From assembly GCA_019358915.1 (NCBI GenBank), contig JAHHIM010000022.1, positions 1 through 64,000 of the forward strand: DNA of 64,000 bases, read 5' to 3'. Shown piece by piece: positions 1 to 13,787 of this stretch (its first letter is position 1; each line of letters starts with the position of its first letter). Under the pieces are notes generated by a model. The model was not told where the DNA came from. It did not search any database and saw only the letters and a program-made list of their open reading frames with translations. Both the position numbers and the translations under genes were made by a program. This DNA is from Trichormus sp. ATA11-4-KO1 (GTDB taxonomy: Bacteria > Cyanobacteriota > Cyanobacteriia > Cyanobacteriales > Nostocaceae).

Positions 1-36
1 GGAGGAAGAGGCGAGCGTCGCTTGCCTCCTTCCTCC
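1..36. repeat. GC-rich imperfect palindrome (dispersed repeat-like hairpin)
   Basis: GGAGGAAGAGGCGAGCG...CGCTTGCCTCCTTCCTCC inverted repeat at the window edge. Confidence 0.45.
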
Positions 37-276
37 ACCCCCGCGCGCGATTATCATTCTTATTTAAATTATTTTAAGTATTTTAACTTATTGACAAAAT
101 TTACTTTATCTTAACCTCTCACGAATGCTCAGCACTGAGTAAGATCAACTTCAACTTATCTCCAGCCGTAGGATAAAAATACCTTATTGATTGACTAAGT
201 TACCCAAAAATGAACGATAAGATCAATCTTTTACTTTAATAATCCCCTACGATTACCAAATACCTCGCTTTTGGGT

Positions 277-311
277 AAAAAAAAGGCAAAAGATATAATT
301 CTCTTGCCTTT
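277..311 (-). terminator. Rho-independent terminator after rpoC2
   Basis: AAAGGCAAAAGA/TCTCTTGCCTTT stem; the A-run at 277-284 is a U-tract on the minus strand; lies ~25 nt past the stop codon. Confidence 0.65.
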
Positions 312-335
312 GATGTAAGTTTTTACTCTGAGAAA

Positions 336-3300
336 TTAAACTTCATAATCGTCCTCGTCATCATCGACTTCCTCGTAATCATCTTCATCTTCATCTTCTA
401 CGAGGTCGCTGACTTCATCAGCAATCAACTCATCTTCATCATCTAAGATTGACCTTTCGACGCGGCGGTTACCAAATCCAGGTTCCGCCAGCCCAGGAGA
501 ATCTAGATTGTAAGTGCGAGCTGTGCGGTCATCTAGCACCATATCTAGAGGGTCATCAACTTCATCCAGGACACCGTTGCTCTCCAGTGCAGCATATTCA
601 TCAATCGCACCGGGTTCTTCATAGGTATTGTAACCAGTACCAGCCGGAATCAATCGCCCGATAATCACGTTCTCCTTCAACCCACGCAACCAATCAGATT
701 TACCTTCAATGGCGGCTTCGGTTAGTACCCGTGTTGTCTCTTGGAATGATGCCGCAGAAATGAAGCTGTCGGTGTTCAAAGATGCTTTGGTGATACCCAA
801 CAATACTGGGGTGTACTGTGCCCTAGCACCACCAGTAATTGCCATCGCCTCGTTCACTTGCTCAACTTGGCGCAACTCTACCAACTCACCAGGAAGCATG
901 GTGGTGTCTCCACCATCATCAATCCGGACTTTATTGGTCATCTGGCGCACAATTACTTCAATGTGCTTATCGGCAATATCAATCCCCTGAGACTGATACA
1001 CCATTTGCACTTCATTCACCAAGAATGTTTGTACCTTCTGCAAAGCATGGCTGGCACAGGCATATACTCCTTCCTCAGAACCTAGGCTGAAGAAGACTTC
1101 CAAAATTTCGTGAGGGTTGGATGGGCCATCACTCAAAGGTTCTCCTGCTGATACCATTGCTCCATCTGGTACCATCAAATTTTGTCCTGGGCCTAGGGGA
1201 TAATCGGTGACTACGCCATTGGGTTCTACAACCTTAATAGCGATCGCTTCATCTCCATCTCCATAAACTACCTTGACTTCTCCAGAACGCCGTGCTAAAA
1301 TACATGCTTCTTTGGGTTTACGCGCTTCGAGTAGTTCTTCAATCCGAGGCAAACCTTGGATAATATCTCCAGTTTTGGCGCGTTCAAACACCAACAATAC
1401 CAAGTTATCGCCCCGTTGTACTAAATCGCCGTCTTCTATCTGTAGCACAGCACCGGGGCTGACTCGGTAGGGACGACCAACCCGGATGACGATGGAGTAC
1501 TGTTGTGTACTAAGAGCCGATTCACCAGTTGCAGAACCAGCAGTAGCATTGTTCACTGCTAATACTTGTCCTGATTCGTCAGCAAAGATTCCCGGAGCAA
1601 TTTCCGCACCTTCTACTAACAAGTCACCCTTTTTCACTGTGGGTTGGGCGCTAGTAGTCATGGTAATTTTGTCGGTATCGCGTAACACCAAGCAGCGTCG
1701 CACGGCTTCAGCGCCTTTGCGTACACCCCGCACAATACCCCCTTCTTTGCTCAAGATTTGGGTACGTGCCACCACAGCACCTGGGGCAATGGTATCTCCA
1801 TCCTCTACTTCCAGGCTTGTTTGGGTACTTCCTTGGGTGGCATCAGCAGTAATATCTCGACGAATTACCAAAGATTCCAAAATCACCAGTTGCAAGCGGT
1901 GAATTTCTGGGTCTTCAACATCTTGTACCAATTCAATATCTGCTGCAAGGGGAGAAGCAGTATGGTCTTGTTCACCATCTTGCTCAATTTCCAGCACTAA
2001 CTGGGTACGTAGTAGTTCTACACCTTCTACAGACTTGACACGTTCAGAATCTTTGTAGGGTAATCGTTGTACTGCCCGCAGTTGAATTGAACGTCCCGTT
2101 TGTTGACTAACAGATGTAGTTGATGGCACATCAGGATTACTGGGTACAGCGAACTCCACAACTGGACGGCTCAATAATGCTGGGCCTTCGGGAGATTCTA
2201 CGTACTGGATATAGCGTAATTCTGTAGCTACAACCCCTTGAAACTCTTCGCCTGGTTGGACAAAGGTATTATCTCGCCCAATCACTGCTTCTGGGTCATC
2301 CACCATCAGCAATTCGCCTGGCTTAACCACCACTTCCCGCAGGATGTCGTTTTTCTGGGTGACTTCTACCACACCACTGTTTTGGCAAAAGATATCCTTG
2401 ACAACTTCGGTACCAGCTTCGACAAATTGTCCGTCTTCCACCAATAGCAAGGAAATATCTTTATTAACTTCGTGGGTTTCTTCAGGAATCCACAGCAGTG
2501 TCCCTCCCTGTACCACTTCATAACCGAGTTTAGCTTTGCCTTTTTTCTGGACTTCTACGCCTGCGAATTTCAGGAATCCACCAGTATTGGTGCGATAGCG
2601 CTCATCAATCAACTCAGCTACAACCTGACCATTTTGAACTTTGGTACCTGGGGTAGCCCGGAGGTTAAATACCTGGTTATTACCAGTGGTGACTAAGTAG
2701 TGGTTGCGCCCTTGGGAACTTTCCACAGTGACCGTTGCTTGGTCTAAGACCACAGAAGCCGTAATAATTTCAATTTCCCGGGTACTCTTACCTGGAGTAG
2801 CTTCTGGTAAGCGCACCACACCACCGTGCAAAGTCGTTAACTTGGTTTCTGCTAGGACACCATTAGAGGCGATCGCATCACCATTTTTCACAACCAATTC
2901 TGCACCTGGGGGCAAGTTATAAACTTCTCCAGACAACACCCAAATCAAGCCACCCCGTGCGGCGGTGGTTGTGGTATTACCTTGACGGTCTGTTTTTTGT
3001 TCGGGGACAACTTCGGCAAACTGCACTTCCCCTGCCAAGTCAGATGCTACGTCTTTGACAGCTTTTTCTGTATTGGCACGAGTTGTGCGTCCACCCAAGG
3101 CAACTTCTGCCAGCAATTGACCAATTTTTACTTGTTGTCCATCTACTACATAGAGTGTGGAACCTTGAGTTACATGAATTTCTTGGGTAGCTTGGGTCTC
3201 AGAACCTTCTTTTTTCGGTTCCAAATGTATAATCCCGTTGACCTCAACATACAAAGCATCTTCGCCGTGGCGGGTGCGATATGGTCGAGTTCGCAATTTG

Positions 3301-4397
3301 CGTGGCAGACGAATGGTACCTTCTGTTTTAGAACGTACTTGCTGCGCTACTTCCCCAGTAAACACACCACCAGTGTGGAATGTCCGCATGGTCAACTGAG
3401 TTCCAGGTTCACCGATACTTTGGGCGGCAATAATCCCGACTGCTTCGCCCAAGTCCACCATCTTGGCGTGAGCCAGACTCCAGCCGTAACAGTGTTGACA
3501 AACGGAGCGAGCTGCTTCACAAGTTAGAGGCGATCGCACTACGACTTCAGTCACCCCGGCTTTGTGAATTTCTGTGGCTAAGTCATCAGAAACTGGGGTA
3601 TTACGTGCTGCAATTACTTCTTTTGTGGTGGGATGTACTACATCCTCGGCAATTACCCGCCCCAGTAAGCGCTGAGCTAGGGGAATCAAGATTTTGCCAC
3701 CTTCTGTCATCGCCCGCACAGGAATACCCCTGGTGGTACCACAGTCAAATTCCCGAATAATCACGTCCTGGGATACGTCCACCAGCCGACGGGTGAGATA
3801 ACCAGAGTCAGCAGTCCGTAAGGCGGTGTCTACCAATCCTTTTCTGGCACCGTAAGACGAAATAATGTATTCCGTCACCGTGAGTCCTTCACGGAAGTTG
3901 GTTTTGATGGGCAAGTCAATAATTTCCCCTTGAGGATCTGCCATCAACCCCCGCATTCCTACCAACTGCCGCACTTGGGAGATGTTACCCCGCGCCCCGG
4001 AGAATGCCATCATGTACACTGAGTTTAGGGGGTCAGTCTTCTTAAAGTGAACGACTACTTCATCTTTGAGGGCTTCACTAGTACCATTCCAAGTATCAAT
4101 TACTTTTTGGAAGCGTTCTACTTCAGTGATTTCGCCCCGTTGATAACGAGTTTCTGTAGCGCGAATTTCTTCTTCTGCGGCATCCAAGAGCGATCGCTTG
4201 GTGGGCGGAATCATCAAGTCATCTACACTGATGGAAACCCCGGCCTTGGTAGCATAGCGAAATCCCAAATCTTTCAATTTATCCGCCATGACTGCGGTTC
4301 GCGCTGTCCCATAATGCGTAAACGCCCAGGAAATTAATTTTCTCAGTTGACCTTTGTCAACTACACGATTGCGAAAAACTGCGTTTTCGTTAGTCAT
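336..4397 (-). CDS. rpoC2: RNA polymerase beta' C-terminal subunit (RpoC2)
   Basis: [16 protein letters not shown] trigger loop, large cyanobacterial SI3 insertion, ASFQETT motif, acidic tail. Confidence 0.99.
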   Translation of the reverse strand: MTNENAVFRNRVVDKGQLRKLISWAFTHYGTARTAVMADKLKDLGFRYATKAGVSISVDDLMIPPTKRSLLDAAEEEIRATETRYQRGEITEVERFQKVIDTWNGTSEALKDEVVVHFKKTDPLNSVYMMAFSGARGNISQVRQLVGMRGLMADPQGEIIDLPIKTNFREGLTVTEYIISSYGARKGLVDTALRTADSGYLTRRLVDVSQDVIIREFDCGTTRGIPVRAMTEGGKILIPLAQRLLGRVIAEDVVHPTTKEVIAARNTPVSDDLATEIHKAGVTEVVVRSPLTCEAARSVCQHCYGWSLAHAKMVDLGEAVGIIAAQSIGEPGTQLTMRTFHTGGVFTGEVAQQVRSKTEGTIRLPRKLRTRPYRTRHGEDALYVEVNGIIHLEPKKEGSETQATQEIHVTQGSTLYVVDGQQVKIGQLLAEVALGGRTTRANTEKAVKDVASDLAGEVQFAEVVPEQKTDRQGNTTTTAARGGLIWVLSGEVYNLPPGAELVVKNGDAIASNGVLAETKLTTLHGGVVRLPEATPGKSTREIEIITASVVLDQATVTVESSQGRNHYLVTTGNNQVFNLRATPGTKVQNGQVVAELIDERYRTNTGGFLKFAGVEVQKKGKAKLGYEVVQGGTLLWIPEETHEVNKDISLLLVEDGQFVEAGTEVVKDIFCQNSGVVEVTQKNDILREVVVKPGELLMVDDPEAVIGRDNTFVQPGEEFQGVVATELRYIQYVESPEGPALLSRPVVEFAVPSNPDVPSTTSVSQQTGRSIQLRAVQRLPYKDSERVKSVEGVELLRTQLVLEIEQDGEQDHTASPLAADIELVQDVEDPEIHRLQLVILESLVIRRDITADATQGSTQTSLEVEDGDTIAPGAVVARTQILSKEGGIVRGVRKGAEAVRRCLVLRDTDKITMTTSAQPTVKKGDLLVEGAEIAPGIFADESGQVLAVNNATAGSATGESALSTQQYSIVIRVGRPYRVSPGAVLQIEDGDLVQRGDNLVLLVFERAKTGDIIQGLPRIEELLEARKPKEACILARRSGEVKVVYGDGDEAIAIKVVEPNGVVTDYPLGPGQNLMVPDGAMVSAGEPLSDGPSNPHEILEVFFSLGSEEGVYACASHALQKVQTFLVNEVQMVYQSQGIDIADKHIEVIVRQMTNKVRIDDGGDTTMLPGELVELRQVEQVNEAMAITGGARAQYTPVLLGITKASLNTDSFISAASFQETTRVLTEAAIEGKSDWLRGLKENVIIGRLIPAGTGYNTYEEPGAIDEYAALESNGVLDEVDDPLDMVLDDRTARTYNLDSPGLAEPGFGNRRVERSILDDEDELIADEVSDLVEDEDEDDYEEVDDDEDDYEV

Positions 4398-4456
4398 TAG
4401 TCATTATTCCTTAGTCATTAGTCGTTAGTCATTAGGATTGGGCATTGGGCATCGGG
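4390..4456. repeat. STRR heptamer arrays (TTAGTCA)n and (TTGGGCA)n
   Basis: Visible tandem 7-mers between rpoC1 and rpoC2, overlapping the rpoC2 start codon. Confidence 0.8.
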
Positions 4457-4508
4457 AAAAGAAATATTTAGTAATCCCCTCTGCTCCCTACTCCCTAGGC
4501 CCTAGCCC

Positions 4509-6386
4509 TTAAACTGCTAGTGCTTCCTGAATAGCTTTGTTGTAAATAACACGACCAGGCGTTGTACGTACATACTGAGAAATCAAATTCCCTTGAGCGT
4601 CTTCTCTGACTCGGCGGAATTTATACAGCAAAGTCCGGGTACCATCACCATTTTCTGTGACTTCCAGGGGTTCTGCATCTGGTTGGTCTGACTCAACTTC
4701 TCCATCAAACCGGACGTAGATGTAAGCGTGTAAGTCAACTTGTTCTTGCTGGAAAGCCATAATTACGTCATCCAGGGAAGCAAAATACCTACCCGTACCC
4801 TTGGTAGCACCAGGATTTTCTGCTGTTAAGTAATATGCCCCCAATACCATGTCTTGGCTAGGCGTGATAATGGGTCTACCTGTAGCTGGTGACAAAATAT
4901 TGTTAGAAGCTAACATTAACAACCGCGCCTCAGCCTGACTTTCTAGAGACAGTGGCACGTGTACCGCCATTTGGTCACCGTCAAAGTCAGCGTTAAATGC
5001 TGGACAAACCAAAGGATGAAGTTGAATCGCCCGTCCTTCCACTAAAACAGGTTCAAAAGCTTGAATACCCAAGCGGTGCAATGTCGGCGCCCGGTTGAGC
5101 ATGACTGGGTGTCCTTCAATCACTTCTTCCAGCACATCCCAGACACTGGGGTCATTACGAGATATCAGCTTTTTGGCGGCTTTGATGTTATTCACCATGC
5201 CGCTACGAATCAGACGATTAATCACAAACGGCTGGAATAGCTCAATTGCCATTTCTCTAGGCAAACCGCACTGGTGAATTTTCAGCTTCGGACCCACCAC
5301 AATTACGGAACGTCCGGAGTAGTCAACTCGTTTACCTAACAAGTTTTGTCGGAAACGTCCTTGTTTACCTTCAATAATGTCAGATAAAGATTTCAGGGGT
5401 CGATTATTTGCGCCTACTACTGTGCGTCCTCGACGACCATTGTCAATCAAAGCATCCACTGCTTCTTGCAGCATCCGCTTTTCGTTCCGCACAATAATTT
5501 CTGGTGCTAAAATTTCTTGCAACCGTGCCAGACGATTGTTCCGGTTAATTACCCGGCGATACAAATCATTCAAGTCGCTGGTGGCAAACCTTCCACCATC
5601 GAGTTGTACCATTGGGCGCAAATCTGGGGGAATTACAGGAATGACTGCCATTACCATCCACTCTGGCTTAGAACCAGTCGCGATGAAGTTGTCAATTACC
5701 CGCAGCCGCTTAATTAACTTGGCTCGTTTTTGCCCTTTAGCATTACCAATCTCTTCGCGCAGGCTTTCGGCTTCTTGCTCTAAATTAATATCAGCCAGCA
5801 AGCGCAGCAATGCTTCGGCACCAATACCTACTTCTACGCCCTGTAAAGTAGAATCTTCACTATAAATTTGGTCTTCAATTTCCAACCACTGGTCTTCACT
5901 GAGTAGCTGTTTATAGGTTAATGTTTCCGCATTACCAGGACTCAGGACGACATAAGAGTTGAAATAGACAATCTGCTCCACATCCCGCAAAGGCATATCC
6001 AGCAGAATAGAAATGTAACTAGGAATACCTTTGAGATACCAAACGTGAGCTACTGGGGCAGCGAGTTTAATGTATCCCATGCGGTGGCGACGCACTCGTG
6101 ACTCGGTGACTTCTACACCACAGCGCTCACACACAATCCCACGGTGACGTACTCTTTTATACTTGCCGCAGTGGCATTCCCAATCTTTAGCGGGACCAAA
6201 GATGCGCTCACAAAATAAGCCATCCATCTCTGGTTTGAGAGTACGGTAATTAATCGTTTCTGGCTTGGTAACTTCACCAACTAGTTGGCCATTAGGTAGT
6301 GTTCGTTCACCCCACTGCCTGATGCGTTCCGGTGATGCTAAGCCGATTTTAACGTAGTCAAACTGATTAGTTTGGGCGGGTCTCAT
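4509..6386 (-). CDS. rpoC1: RNA polymerase gamma subunit (RpoC1)
   Basis: NADFDGDQM catalytic motif and N-terminal Zn finger; start set at MRPAQTNQF (6386), not the ORF-track start 6440. Confidence 0.99.
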   Translation of the reverse strand: MRPAQTNQFDYVKIGLASPERIRQWGERTLPNGQLVGEVTKPETINYRTLKPEMDGLFCERIFGPAKDWECHCGKYKRVRHRGIVCERCGVEVTESRVRRHRMGYIKLAAPVAHVWYLKGIPSYISILLDMPLRDVEQIVYFNSYVVLSPGNAETLTYKQLLSEDQWLEIEDQIYSEDSTLQGVEVGIGAEALLRLLADINLEQEAESLREEIGNAKGQKRAKLIKRLRVIDNFIATGSKPEWMVMAVIPVIPPDLRPMVQLDGGRFATSDLNDLYRRVINRNNRLARLQEILAPEIIVRNEKRMLQEAVDALIDNGRRGRTVVGANNRPLKSLSDIIEGKQGRFRQNLLGKRVDYSGRSVIVVGPKLKIHQCGLPREMAIELFQPFVINRLIRSGMVNNIKAAKKLISRNDPSVWDVLEEVIEGHPVMLNRAPTLHRLGIQAFEPVLVEGRAIQLHPLVCPAFNADFDGDQMAVHVPLSLESQAEARLLMLASNNILSPATGRPIITPSQDMVLGAYYLTAENPGATKGTGRYFASLDDVIMAFQQEQVDLHAYIYVRFDGEVESDQPDAEPLEVTENGDGTRTLLYKFRRVREDAQGNLISQYVRTTPGRVIYNKAIQEALAV

Positions 6387-6530
6387 CTCTTTAGTATTTA
6401 GTTCTAAGTTATGAGTTAGTAAGGGCACGAGGGTATGCACCCGTGCTAGGAGGAGTATTTAGTTTTGATTGGGGATGGAGTATCGGGGATGAGGAAAACT
6501 CTTTCCCAGTCCCCAATCCCTCTCTCCTCT

Positions 6531-9500
6531 CTACTCTTCTTCTTCTAGCGATTCGCGAGAGAGAGATTCGTAGGTTGGCCTTGGTGGTGTCCGTCGGGCT
6601 GATTGGTCTGCCATTAAATCGACTTCCACATCTAAGGAACTACCATCTGCCTGGGTTTCTACTTTGTGGACGGCAATGTCTAATCCTAATGATTGCAGTT
6701 CTCGCATTAGCACCTTAAAGGACTCTGGTGTCCCAGGTCGAGGAATTGACTTGCCTTTAACGATCGCATTTAACGCTTCATTGCGTCCCTGCATATCGTC
6801 AGATTTGACTGTCAGCAATTCCTGTAATGTATAAGCTGCACCAAAGGCTTCCAATGCCCACACTTCCATTTCTCCAAAGCGCTGGCCACCTTGCTGTGCT
6901 TTACCACCCAAGGGTTGCTGAGTCACCAAGGAGTATGGGCCTGTAGAACGGGCGTGGATCTTGTCATCCACCAAATGTACCAGCTTAAGAATGTAAGCTA
7001 CACCTACGGTGATTGGTCGGTCAAAGGGTTCGCCTGTGCGACCATCAAACACCATGATTTTGCCAGGATCATCTGGGTTATATACCCAGTCTTTGCCTGT
7101 TTCATCTCGTGCTTCTTGCAATTTGCCATGTACGATTCTGCGGGATGACTCTTCACCATACATTTCGTCAAAGGGAGTAATTTTAAACCTCACTCCCAAA
7201 GTATGAGCAGCCCAACCCAACATACACTCAAACACCTGTCCGACATTCATCCGACTAGGTACACCCAAGGGGTTGAGTACGATGTCCACTGGTGAACCAT
7301 CTGCTAAATATGGCATATCTTCCACTGGTAATATCCGAGAAATAATCCCTTTATTACCGTGGCGTCCTGCCATTTTGTCGCCTACTTGGATTTTGCGCTT
7401 CTGTGCCACATACACCCGGACTACCATATTGGCTCCCGGTGGCAGTTCATCGCCTTGTTCACGGGTAAACAGGCGCACGTCAACAACGCGTCCTTTTTCG
7501 CCGTTAGGAACTCGCAGAGAATTATCTCTCACATCCCGCGCTTTTTCACCAAATATGGCTCTTAAAAGTTTTTCTTCTGGTGGTTGGTCAGATTCACCTT
7601 TAGGTGTAACTTTTCCTACTAAGATATCTCCAGCTTCTACCCAAGCACCGATGCGGATAATACCTTGTTCATCTAGCTGACGTAAGGCATCTTCCCCGAC
7701 GTTGGGAATTTCTCTGGTGATTTCTTCTGGTCCCAGTTTCGTCTGGCGGGCTTCAATTTCATATTTTTCAATGTGAATTGAGGTGTAGACATCATCCTGT
7801 ACCAGTCTTTCGGAAATCAAAATCGCGTCTTCGTAGTTATAGCCTTCCCAAGGCATATAAGCGATAACGATATTTTGTCCCAATGCCAATTCACCACCTT
7901 CGGTGGATGAACCATCAGCTAATACCTGACCAGCCACAACCCGCTCACCAATCCGGACAAGGGGTTTTTGATTTAAACAGGTATCTTGGTTGGATCTTTG
8001 GTACTTAGAAAGTTTGTACTTAATTTCTGAGGTACCAGCTTTGGGACGGACGCGAATTTCTGTGGCATCTACATAAGTGACATCACCATCGGTACGGGAG
8101 ACAATCACCATCCCGGAGTCTCTGGCTCCCTGAGCTTCCAAACCCGTTCCTACCAAAGGACGTTCTGGTTTGAGTAGGGGTACAGCTTGCCGTTGCATGT
8201 TGGAACCCATCAGTGCTCGGTTGGCGTCGTCATGTTCCAGAAAGGGAATCATGCTGGTCGCCACGGACACGATTTGTACCGGAGATACAGCTACGTAGTC
8301 TACTTGTTCTGGTGTTGTGGTAGCCCAGTCTTGGCGATAGCGTACTGGTACTTGTGGCCCTTTGATGTAACCATTTTCATCTAAGGGAATATCACCTGTG
8401 GCAGTCCGCAGGTCGTCTTCTTCGTCGGCTGTCATGTACACTGGCGGTAAGTCAAACCGCACCAGCCCGTTTTCTACTGGTCTAAAGGGTGTTTCTAAAA
8501 ATCCGTACTGGTTAACTCGTGCGTGAGTTGCCAAGGAACCAATCAACCCAGCGTTGGGGCCTTCTGGTGTCTCAATGGGGCAAATACGTCCGTAGTGAGA
8601 GGGATGAATATCTCGTACGGCAAATCCGGCGCGTTCACGAGTTAAACCACCAGGGCCTAGGGCACTAAGACGGCGTTTGTGAGTCAGTTCTGCCAAGGGA
8701 TTGGTTTGATCCATGAACTGACTTAATTGGCTGGAACCAAAGAATTCTTTAATGGCTGCTACCAATGGTTTGGGGTTCACCAAGGATGCTGGGGTTAACA
8801 CTTCGGCATCCGATACGGTCATCCGTTCCCGGATAATTCTTTCTAGGCGATTTAATCCTACCCGCACCTGGTTTTGGAGTAGTTCCCCTACACTTCTCAC
8901 TCGCCGATTGCCTAAGTGGTCAATGTCATCGATGTTACCAATGTCATATTCCAGGTTGATCAGGTAATCCACTGCTGCCAAAATATCCCCAGGAGTCAGC
9001 ACACGCATAGTGTCGGGGACTGATAACCGTAATTTTTTGTTGAGTTTATACCGACCAACGCGACCTAGGTCATAACGTTTGGGGTCAAAGAACCGGGAAT
9101 CTAACAATTGTTGCCCACCTAACACTGTAGGTGGCTCACCAGGACGTAGTTTCCGATACAATTCCATCAGGGCTTCTTCTTCGGAAAACTGCCCTTCTTT
9201 TTCAATGGTTTTTTGGAAATATTCGGGGTGGCGCAGGGCATCAAAAATTTCGTTATCTGATAGGCCCAAGGCTTTTAATAGTACCTGTGCCGAGAGTTTA
9301 CGGGTTTTGTCAATGCGGACCCACACCAAATCGTTACGGTCTGTTTCAAATTTCAGCCAAGCTCCCCGGTTAGGAATTAAGCTAGCTGAATAGGTACGCC
9401 GCCCGTTTTTGTCGATTTCCGATTTGTAGTAAACTCCAGGCGATCGCACTATCTGGTTGACAATTACTCGCTCGGCTCCGTTAATAATAAACGTGCCGCG

Positions 9501-9830
9501 ATCTGTCATCAAAGGCAGATCGCCAATAAATACTTCTTGTTCTTTGATATCCCCTGTTTCTTTGTTTAACAGGCGTGTGGGTACATACATTTGGACAGCG
9601 TATGTACTATCCCGCCGTTTAGCTTCTTCAACGCTATACTTTGGCTCCTTGAGTTTGTAGTTCTGACCTAAAAAGTGCAGTTCTAGTTTGCCTGTGTAGT
9701 CTGTAATCGGACTAAAGGAGTTGAGTTCTTCTATCAGCCCTTCTTCCAAAAACCAGCGAAAGCTTGAACGCTGGATCTCAATTAAGTCGGGCAACAAAAA
9801 GGCGGATTCCATATATGTTTCTGTAGTCAT
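6531..9830 (-). CDS. rpoB: RNA polymerase beta subunit
   Basis: [22 protein letters not shown] and GGQRFGEME motifs. Confidence 0.99.
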   Translation of the reverse strand: MTTETYMESAFLLPDLIEIQRSSFRWFLEEGLIEELNSFSPITDYTGKLELHFLGQNYKLKEPKYSVEEAKRRDSTYAVQMYVPTRLLNKETGDIKEQEVFIGDLPLMTDRGTFIINGAERVIVNQIVRSPGVYYKSEIDKNGRRTYSASLIPNRGAWLKFETDRNDLVWVRIDKTRKLSAQVLLKALGLSDNEIFDALRHPEYFQKTIEKEGQFSEEEALMELYRKLRPGEPPTVLGGQQLLDSRFFDPKRYDLGRVGRYKLNKKLRLSVPDTMRVLTPGDILAAVDYLINLEYDIGNIDDIDHLGNRRVRSVGELLQNQVRVGLNRLERIIRERMTVSDAEVLTPASLVNPKPLVAAIKEFFGSSQLSQFMDQTNPLAELTHKRRLSALGPGGLTRERAGFAVRDIHPSHYGRICPIETPEGPNAGLIGSLATHARVNQYGFLETPFRPVENGLVRFDLPPVYMTADEEDDLRTATGDIPLDENGYIKGPQVPVRYRQDWATTTPEQVDYVAVSPVQIVSVATSMIPFLEHDDANRALMGSNMQRQAVPLLKPERPLVGTGLEAQGARDSGMVIVSRTDGDVTYVDATEIRVRPKAGTSEIKYKLSKYQRSNQDTCLNQKPLVRIGERVVAGQVLADGSSTEGGELALGQNIVIAYMPWEGYNYEDAILISERLVQDDVYTSIHIEKYEIEARQTKLGPEEITREIPNVGEDALRQLDEQGIIRIGAWVEAGDILVGKVTPKGESDQPPEEKLLRAIFGEKARDVRDNSLRVPNGEKGRVVDVRLFTREQGDELPPGANMVVRVYVAQKRKIQVGDKMAGRHGNKGIISRILPVEDMPYLADGSPVDIVLNPLGVPSRMNVGQVFECMLGWAAHTLGVRFKITPFDEMYGEESSRRIVHGKLQEARDETGKDWVYNPDDPGKIMVFDGRTGEPFDRPITVGVAYILKLVHLVDDKIHARSTGPYSLVTQQPLGGKAQQGGQRFGEMEVWALEAFGAAYTLQELLTVKSDDMQGRNEALNAIVKGKSIPRPGTPESFKVLMRELQSLGLDIAVHKVETQADGSSLDVEVDLMADQSARRTPPRPTYESLSRESLEEEE

Positions 9831-10568
9831 GCCTCTACCTTCGTCAACCTGGTTAAACTTTATTTAGAAGACACTGCTTTTGGACGGTTTTAACCGCCAA
9901 GCTGTGTCCATACCTGTTGGGGAACTTCTCCTAATGCCACCTGTGATTTCCAGGTGTAGGTAAACGCAGCAATTTAAGCTGGAAAGAGAATTGTTGGCAA
10001 GGGGGGTAATCGCCCTTGCTGTCTATCAAGGGACGCTACAATCCAGCTATTAAGTTGATTCCTCAACAGCAGATGGCTGAAATATTTGTGAATTTGTTTC
10101 GCTTTCCTCACGTCCCCTCCCAAAAGCGCGTGAATTAGTCTACGCAAATCTAGACTAGTGTGCCCTCAATTCACCATTTATACTGCTGGTGGTCTCCTAA
10201 GACACAGGCAAAGAGCCGACTATGTACGCGGCTCTGATTCGGATTTTTTCCTTGATTTTGGTGGGTTTTACTCACAAGCTAATTTACGTTTAACAATTTT
10301 CTATAGGTTAAATACAGCACAGGTGATATTTTGCCAAAGTCTGGGTGACTGTTTTGCTAGCATCAGTCAGGTATTGAGAACATCCGCATGTAGAGATTAG
10401 GTGGATGGTCAAGTTGATAACAGTACAAAATTCAGCTTAAAAGTTTTCAATTCCTTCCTTTATCATTATGGCGCAATATAAATGTTTTGGAGGGATTAAT
10501 CTTAGCATACTTTTGTCCTCCAAGAGTTTTATTTTTTCACTACAACCTACGATATAAATAGGCAAGCT

Positions 10569-11354
10569 TTATAGTGTCAGCCCAAATAGTTCACAGGCAT
10601 TTTGGGTGGTTTGATTGGCGATCGCTTCTGCTGTTTCCCCACGCAAATGAGCTACTTGCTCCGCTACATAGCGGACATAGGCAGGCTCGTTGCGTTTTTC
10701 GCCCCGTTTGGGTACGGGAGCTAAAAAAGGGCAGTCTGTTTCAACTAGTAGGCGATCGCTACTCACCATGGCGGCTGAGGCTTGGATAGCTTTAGCGTTT
10801 TTGAATGTTACTGTCCCGCTAAAGCTGATATAAAAGCCTAAGTCCAGAAACCATTGGGTTTCTTCTGGTGTCCCACCCCAACAATGCATGACACCTCTAA
10901 TGCTTTCACCTTTGATATCCTGCCATTTTTGCAGTATTTCCCTGACTTCTTTGGCCGCATCACGACAATGGATAATCACTGGTAAATTGAGTTCAGAGGC
11001 GATCGCTAGTTGTGCTGCAAACACTAGGCACTGCTGCTCATAGTTTTCAGCTTTGTAAAAATCCAGTCCCATTTCGCCAATGGCTACGACTTTCGCTTCT
11101 GAACTAGCCAAAGATTGGATTTCGGCTGCTGACTCGCTGTGCCATTTATCGGCATCTAAAGGATGCAATCCCACAGCAAAACTCAATTCAGGAAATTGGT
11201 AGGCTATGGCTTGAATACTGGAAAACTCTGATGGTTCAACGCAGGAATGTACTAATCGCACTACACCCGCTTCTTGCCATCGCGATCGCACTGATGCTAA
11301 ATCTGGTTGAAAGGTATCAAAGTTGAGATGGACGTGGGTGTCAATCAGCTGCAT
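10569..11354 (-). CDS. tatD: TatD family hydrolase/DNase
   Basis: DTHVH, GLHP, GEMGLD, IIHCR, ETDCPFL motifs. Confidence 0.93.
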   Translation of the reverse strand: MQLIDTHVHLNFDTFQPDLASVRSRWQEAGVVRLVHSCVEPSEFSSIQAIAYQFPELSFAVGLHPLDADKWHSESAAEIQSLASSEAKVVAIGEMGLDFYKAENYEQQCLVFAAQLAIASELNLPVIIHCRDAAKEVREILQKWQDIKGESIRGVMHCWGGTPEETQWFLDLGFYISFSGTVTFKNAKAIQASAAMVSSDRLLVETDCPFLAPVPKRGEKRNEPAYVRYVAEQVAHLRGETAEAIANQTTQNACELFGLTL

Positions 11355-11435
11355 TGTTGTTTTTGGTCATGAGTTCAGTTGTCATCAGTCAGCGCACAGT
11401 AATTCAGTGATATTGACTAATTACTGACGACTGAA

Positions 11436-11735
11436 TTACTCAGCAGCTACCTGTGTAAAAGGCTTGAGTTTGTTAGCCAATCTCGATTTTTTTCTGGCAC
11501 CATTATTTGGGTGGAGAACACCCCGCTTTACGGCTTTGTCGATTTTGCTGTAAGCCTCGGACAGCCGCACCTGGACTTCTTGCTCTAATTCTAAGTTAGG
11601 ATTAGCTGCATAGACTTCTACTGCGCTAAAGTATTTTTTCATCAGCGTTTTTACTGCCGACTTGTAAGCTTTGTTACGCAGACGATTGCGTTCTCCGATT
11701 TGGGCGCGTTTAAGAGCAGACTTTGTATTCGCCAC
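11436..11735 (-). CDS. rpsT: 30S ribosomal protein S20
   Basis: [10 protein letters not shown]...[16 protein letters not shown] start at 11735. Confidence 0.97.
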   Translation of the reverse strand: MANTKSALKRAQIGERNRLRNKAYKSAVKTLMKKYFSAVEVYAANPNLELEQEVQVRLSEAYSKIDKAVKRGVLHPNNGARKKSRLANKLKPFTQVAAE

Positions 11736-12030
11736 AGTCAATTCCAAAAAGACTATTAATTATGTACACACACTACTAGACTTACTAATATAGCATCCAT
11801 ACTGCCAATGTCAGAAATTCTGAAAAAATTTTTGTCATTAGTCGTTGGTTACTTTCCCCAATCCCCACTCCCTACTTATGAAAAAATACGTTAAAATAAA
11901 TTACTTGCATAAAATAGTAATCCTAACTTCTCACCACTGACCAAAATGTATCTATCTCCAAGGGGGTAGACATTTAGAAGGCATAAATAAACTGTGAACG
12001 GTTGAAATTCAGGGGTTGAAATATCACAGT

Positions 12031-12058
12031 GTAGAGAACTGAAATATTGCGTCTCTAC
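12031..12058. repeat. Degenerate REP-like palindrome GTAGAGA...TCTCTAC
   Basis: GTAG...CTAC-ended inverted repeat, same architecture as 23173-23197. Confidence 0.5.
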
Positions 12059-12450
12059 AAATGTTAACTAATAAAGTAGAAAAATACGCAAAAATTATAC
12101 TCAGACTTTAACCTTCCTCCTGAACTTAAGGAAAACTGGATGTGCAAATATGCCACCAGTCAGTCCACAGGGAGTGCAGGGAGGAGTACAAGGGTAGTGG
12201 AATTGGCACATCCTCTCCCTGCCGTAAACCGAAGAGCTTGCCATTAAGGTGAGCTACCTAGGCACATCGGACTGAGCAATTTAGTTGCCTTCTCAAGCAA
12301 ACCATGTGCTGGCAGCCTTGGGAGTATCAAAAAAATCCAGGTTAAGCTAGAGAAGAGAATCAGGATTAGCTTGGCAACCCCGTGGGTCAAGAGCAAGACT
12401 GATTCTGAGGCGGAAGTATTCTAACTAAATTTTGGCATTCTCCTTACTCC

Positions 12451-13752
12451 ATGCTGCGAATCATTACTCAGCAGGCAGACGTTAGAGCCGAACTACAACG
12501 TATCTGCGATCGCACCCACGATGAACAGGTGCTTCACAAAGAAGCAACTGTGCGCGAAGTATTGCAAGCAGTGAAGCGCCAAGGCGATAAAGCTGTGTTG
12601 CATTATACAGCCGAATTTGACAACCAAACCCTAAGACTAGAAGAATTGCGGGTTACAGGCTCGGAACTGGATGCAGCTTATCAACAGGTGTCGAAGGAGT
12701 TGCTCCAGGCGATTCAGTTGGCTTGTCGCCAAATTGAAGCATTTCATCGTCAGCGTGTCCCCAAAAGCTGGGTACATTTTGGCGAAGATGATGTGGTACT
12801 GGGCAAACGCTATACCCCTGTAGACCGAGCAGGGTTGTATGTGCCTGGCGGTCGTGCTGCCTATCCCAGTACTGTACTTATGAATGCTATTCCAGCCAAA
12901 GTAGCTGGTGTACCTCGTGTAGTCATGGTAACACCACCAGGCGTAGGGAAAGCGATTAACTCAGCCGTCTTGGTGGCTGCTCAAGAAGCTGGATTACAAG
13001 AAATTTATCGTGTTGGCGGGGCACAAGCGATCGCGGCTTTAGCCTACGGTACAGAAACGATTCCTAAAGTTAATGTAATTACTGGCCCCGGTAATATTTA
13101 TGTCACCCTAGCGAAAAAACTTGTTTACGGCACTGTCGGGATTGATTCTTTGGCAGGGCCTAGCGAAGTGCTAATCATTGCTGATGAAACAGCCAATCCA
13201 GTAAATGTTGCAGCTGATTTGTTGGCGCAAGCCGAACACGATCCAATGGCGGCGGCTATTTTGTTGACTACAGATCCAGCTTTAGCTAAAAACGTGCAAG
13301 TAGCGGTGGAAAGACAGTTGGTGGATCACCCACGACGGATAGACACCGAAAAAGCGATCGCTCACTATGGCTTAATTGTGCTTGTGGAGTCACTAGAAGC
13401 AGCAGCCGAACTTTCCAATGAATTTGCTCCTGAACATTTAGAATTAGAAGTTAAAGATCCTTGGGCAGTCCTTCCTAACATTCGCCACGCCGGGGCAATT
13501 TTCTTAGGATACTCTACACCAGAAGCTGTAGGAGACTATTTAGCAGGGCCCAATCACACCTTGCCGACTTCCGGCGCTGCCCGCTACGCTTCACCTTTAG
13601 GAGTAGAAACTTTCCTCAAACACTCCAGTATCATTCAATATTCACAAACCGCACTGCAAAAAGTAGCTGGCGCAATTGACGTGCTGGCAACAGCCGAAGG
13701 CTTACCTTCCCACGCCGATTCAGTCCGACGCCGAATTCAGCAAGAAGAATGA
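12451..13752 (+). CDS. hisD: Histidinol dehydrogenase
   Basis: GLYVPGG, GPGNIYV, AGPSEV, QAEHD, APEHLE, GPNHTLPT motifs. Confidence 0.98.
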   Translation: MLRIITQQADVRAELQRICDRTHDEQVLHKEATVREVLQAVKRQGDKAVLHYTAEFDNQTLRLEELRVTGSELDAAYQQVSKELLQAIQLACRQIEAFHRQRVPKSWVHFGEDDVVLGKRYTPVDRAGLYVPGGRAAYPSTVLMNAIPAKVAGVPRVVMVTPPGVGKAINSAVLVAAQEAGLQEIYRVGGAQAIAALAYGTETIPKVNVITGPGNIYVTLAKKLVYGTVGIDSLAGPSEVLIIADETANPVNVAADLLAQAEHDPMAAAILLTTDPALAKNVQVAVERQLVDHPRRIDTEKAIAHYGLIVLVESLEAAAELSNEFAPEHLELEVKDPWAVLPNIRHAGAIFLGYSTPEAVGDYLAGPNHTLPTSGAARYASPLGVETFLKHSSIIQYSQTALQKVAGAIDVLATAEGLPSHADSVRRRIQQEE

Positions 13753-13787
13753 TTTGGAATGTTGAATTTTTTCCTATACTATCAAGC

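Noticed and set aside
336..6386. Split rpoC and the large insertion in RpoC2 as an intein or novelty
   Set aside because: Standard in cyanobacteria (gamma/beta' split and SI3); no intein splice motifs seen.
336..9830. Many short plus-strand ORFs over rpoC2, rpoC1 and rpoB (and similar shadow ORFs over other genes)
   Set aside because: Antisense or alternate-frame shadows of conserved genes with no recognisable motifs.
10158..10400. 80-aa ORF between rpoB and tatD
   Set aside because: Antisense to the operon, GTG start, no recognisable features.
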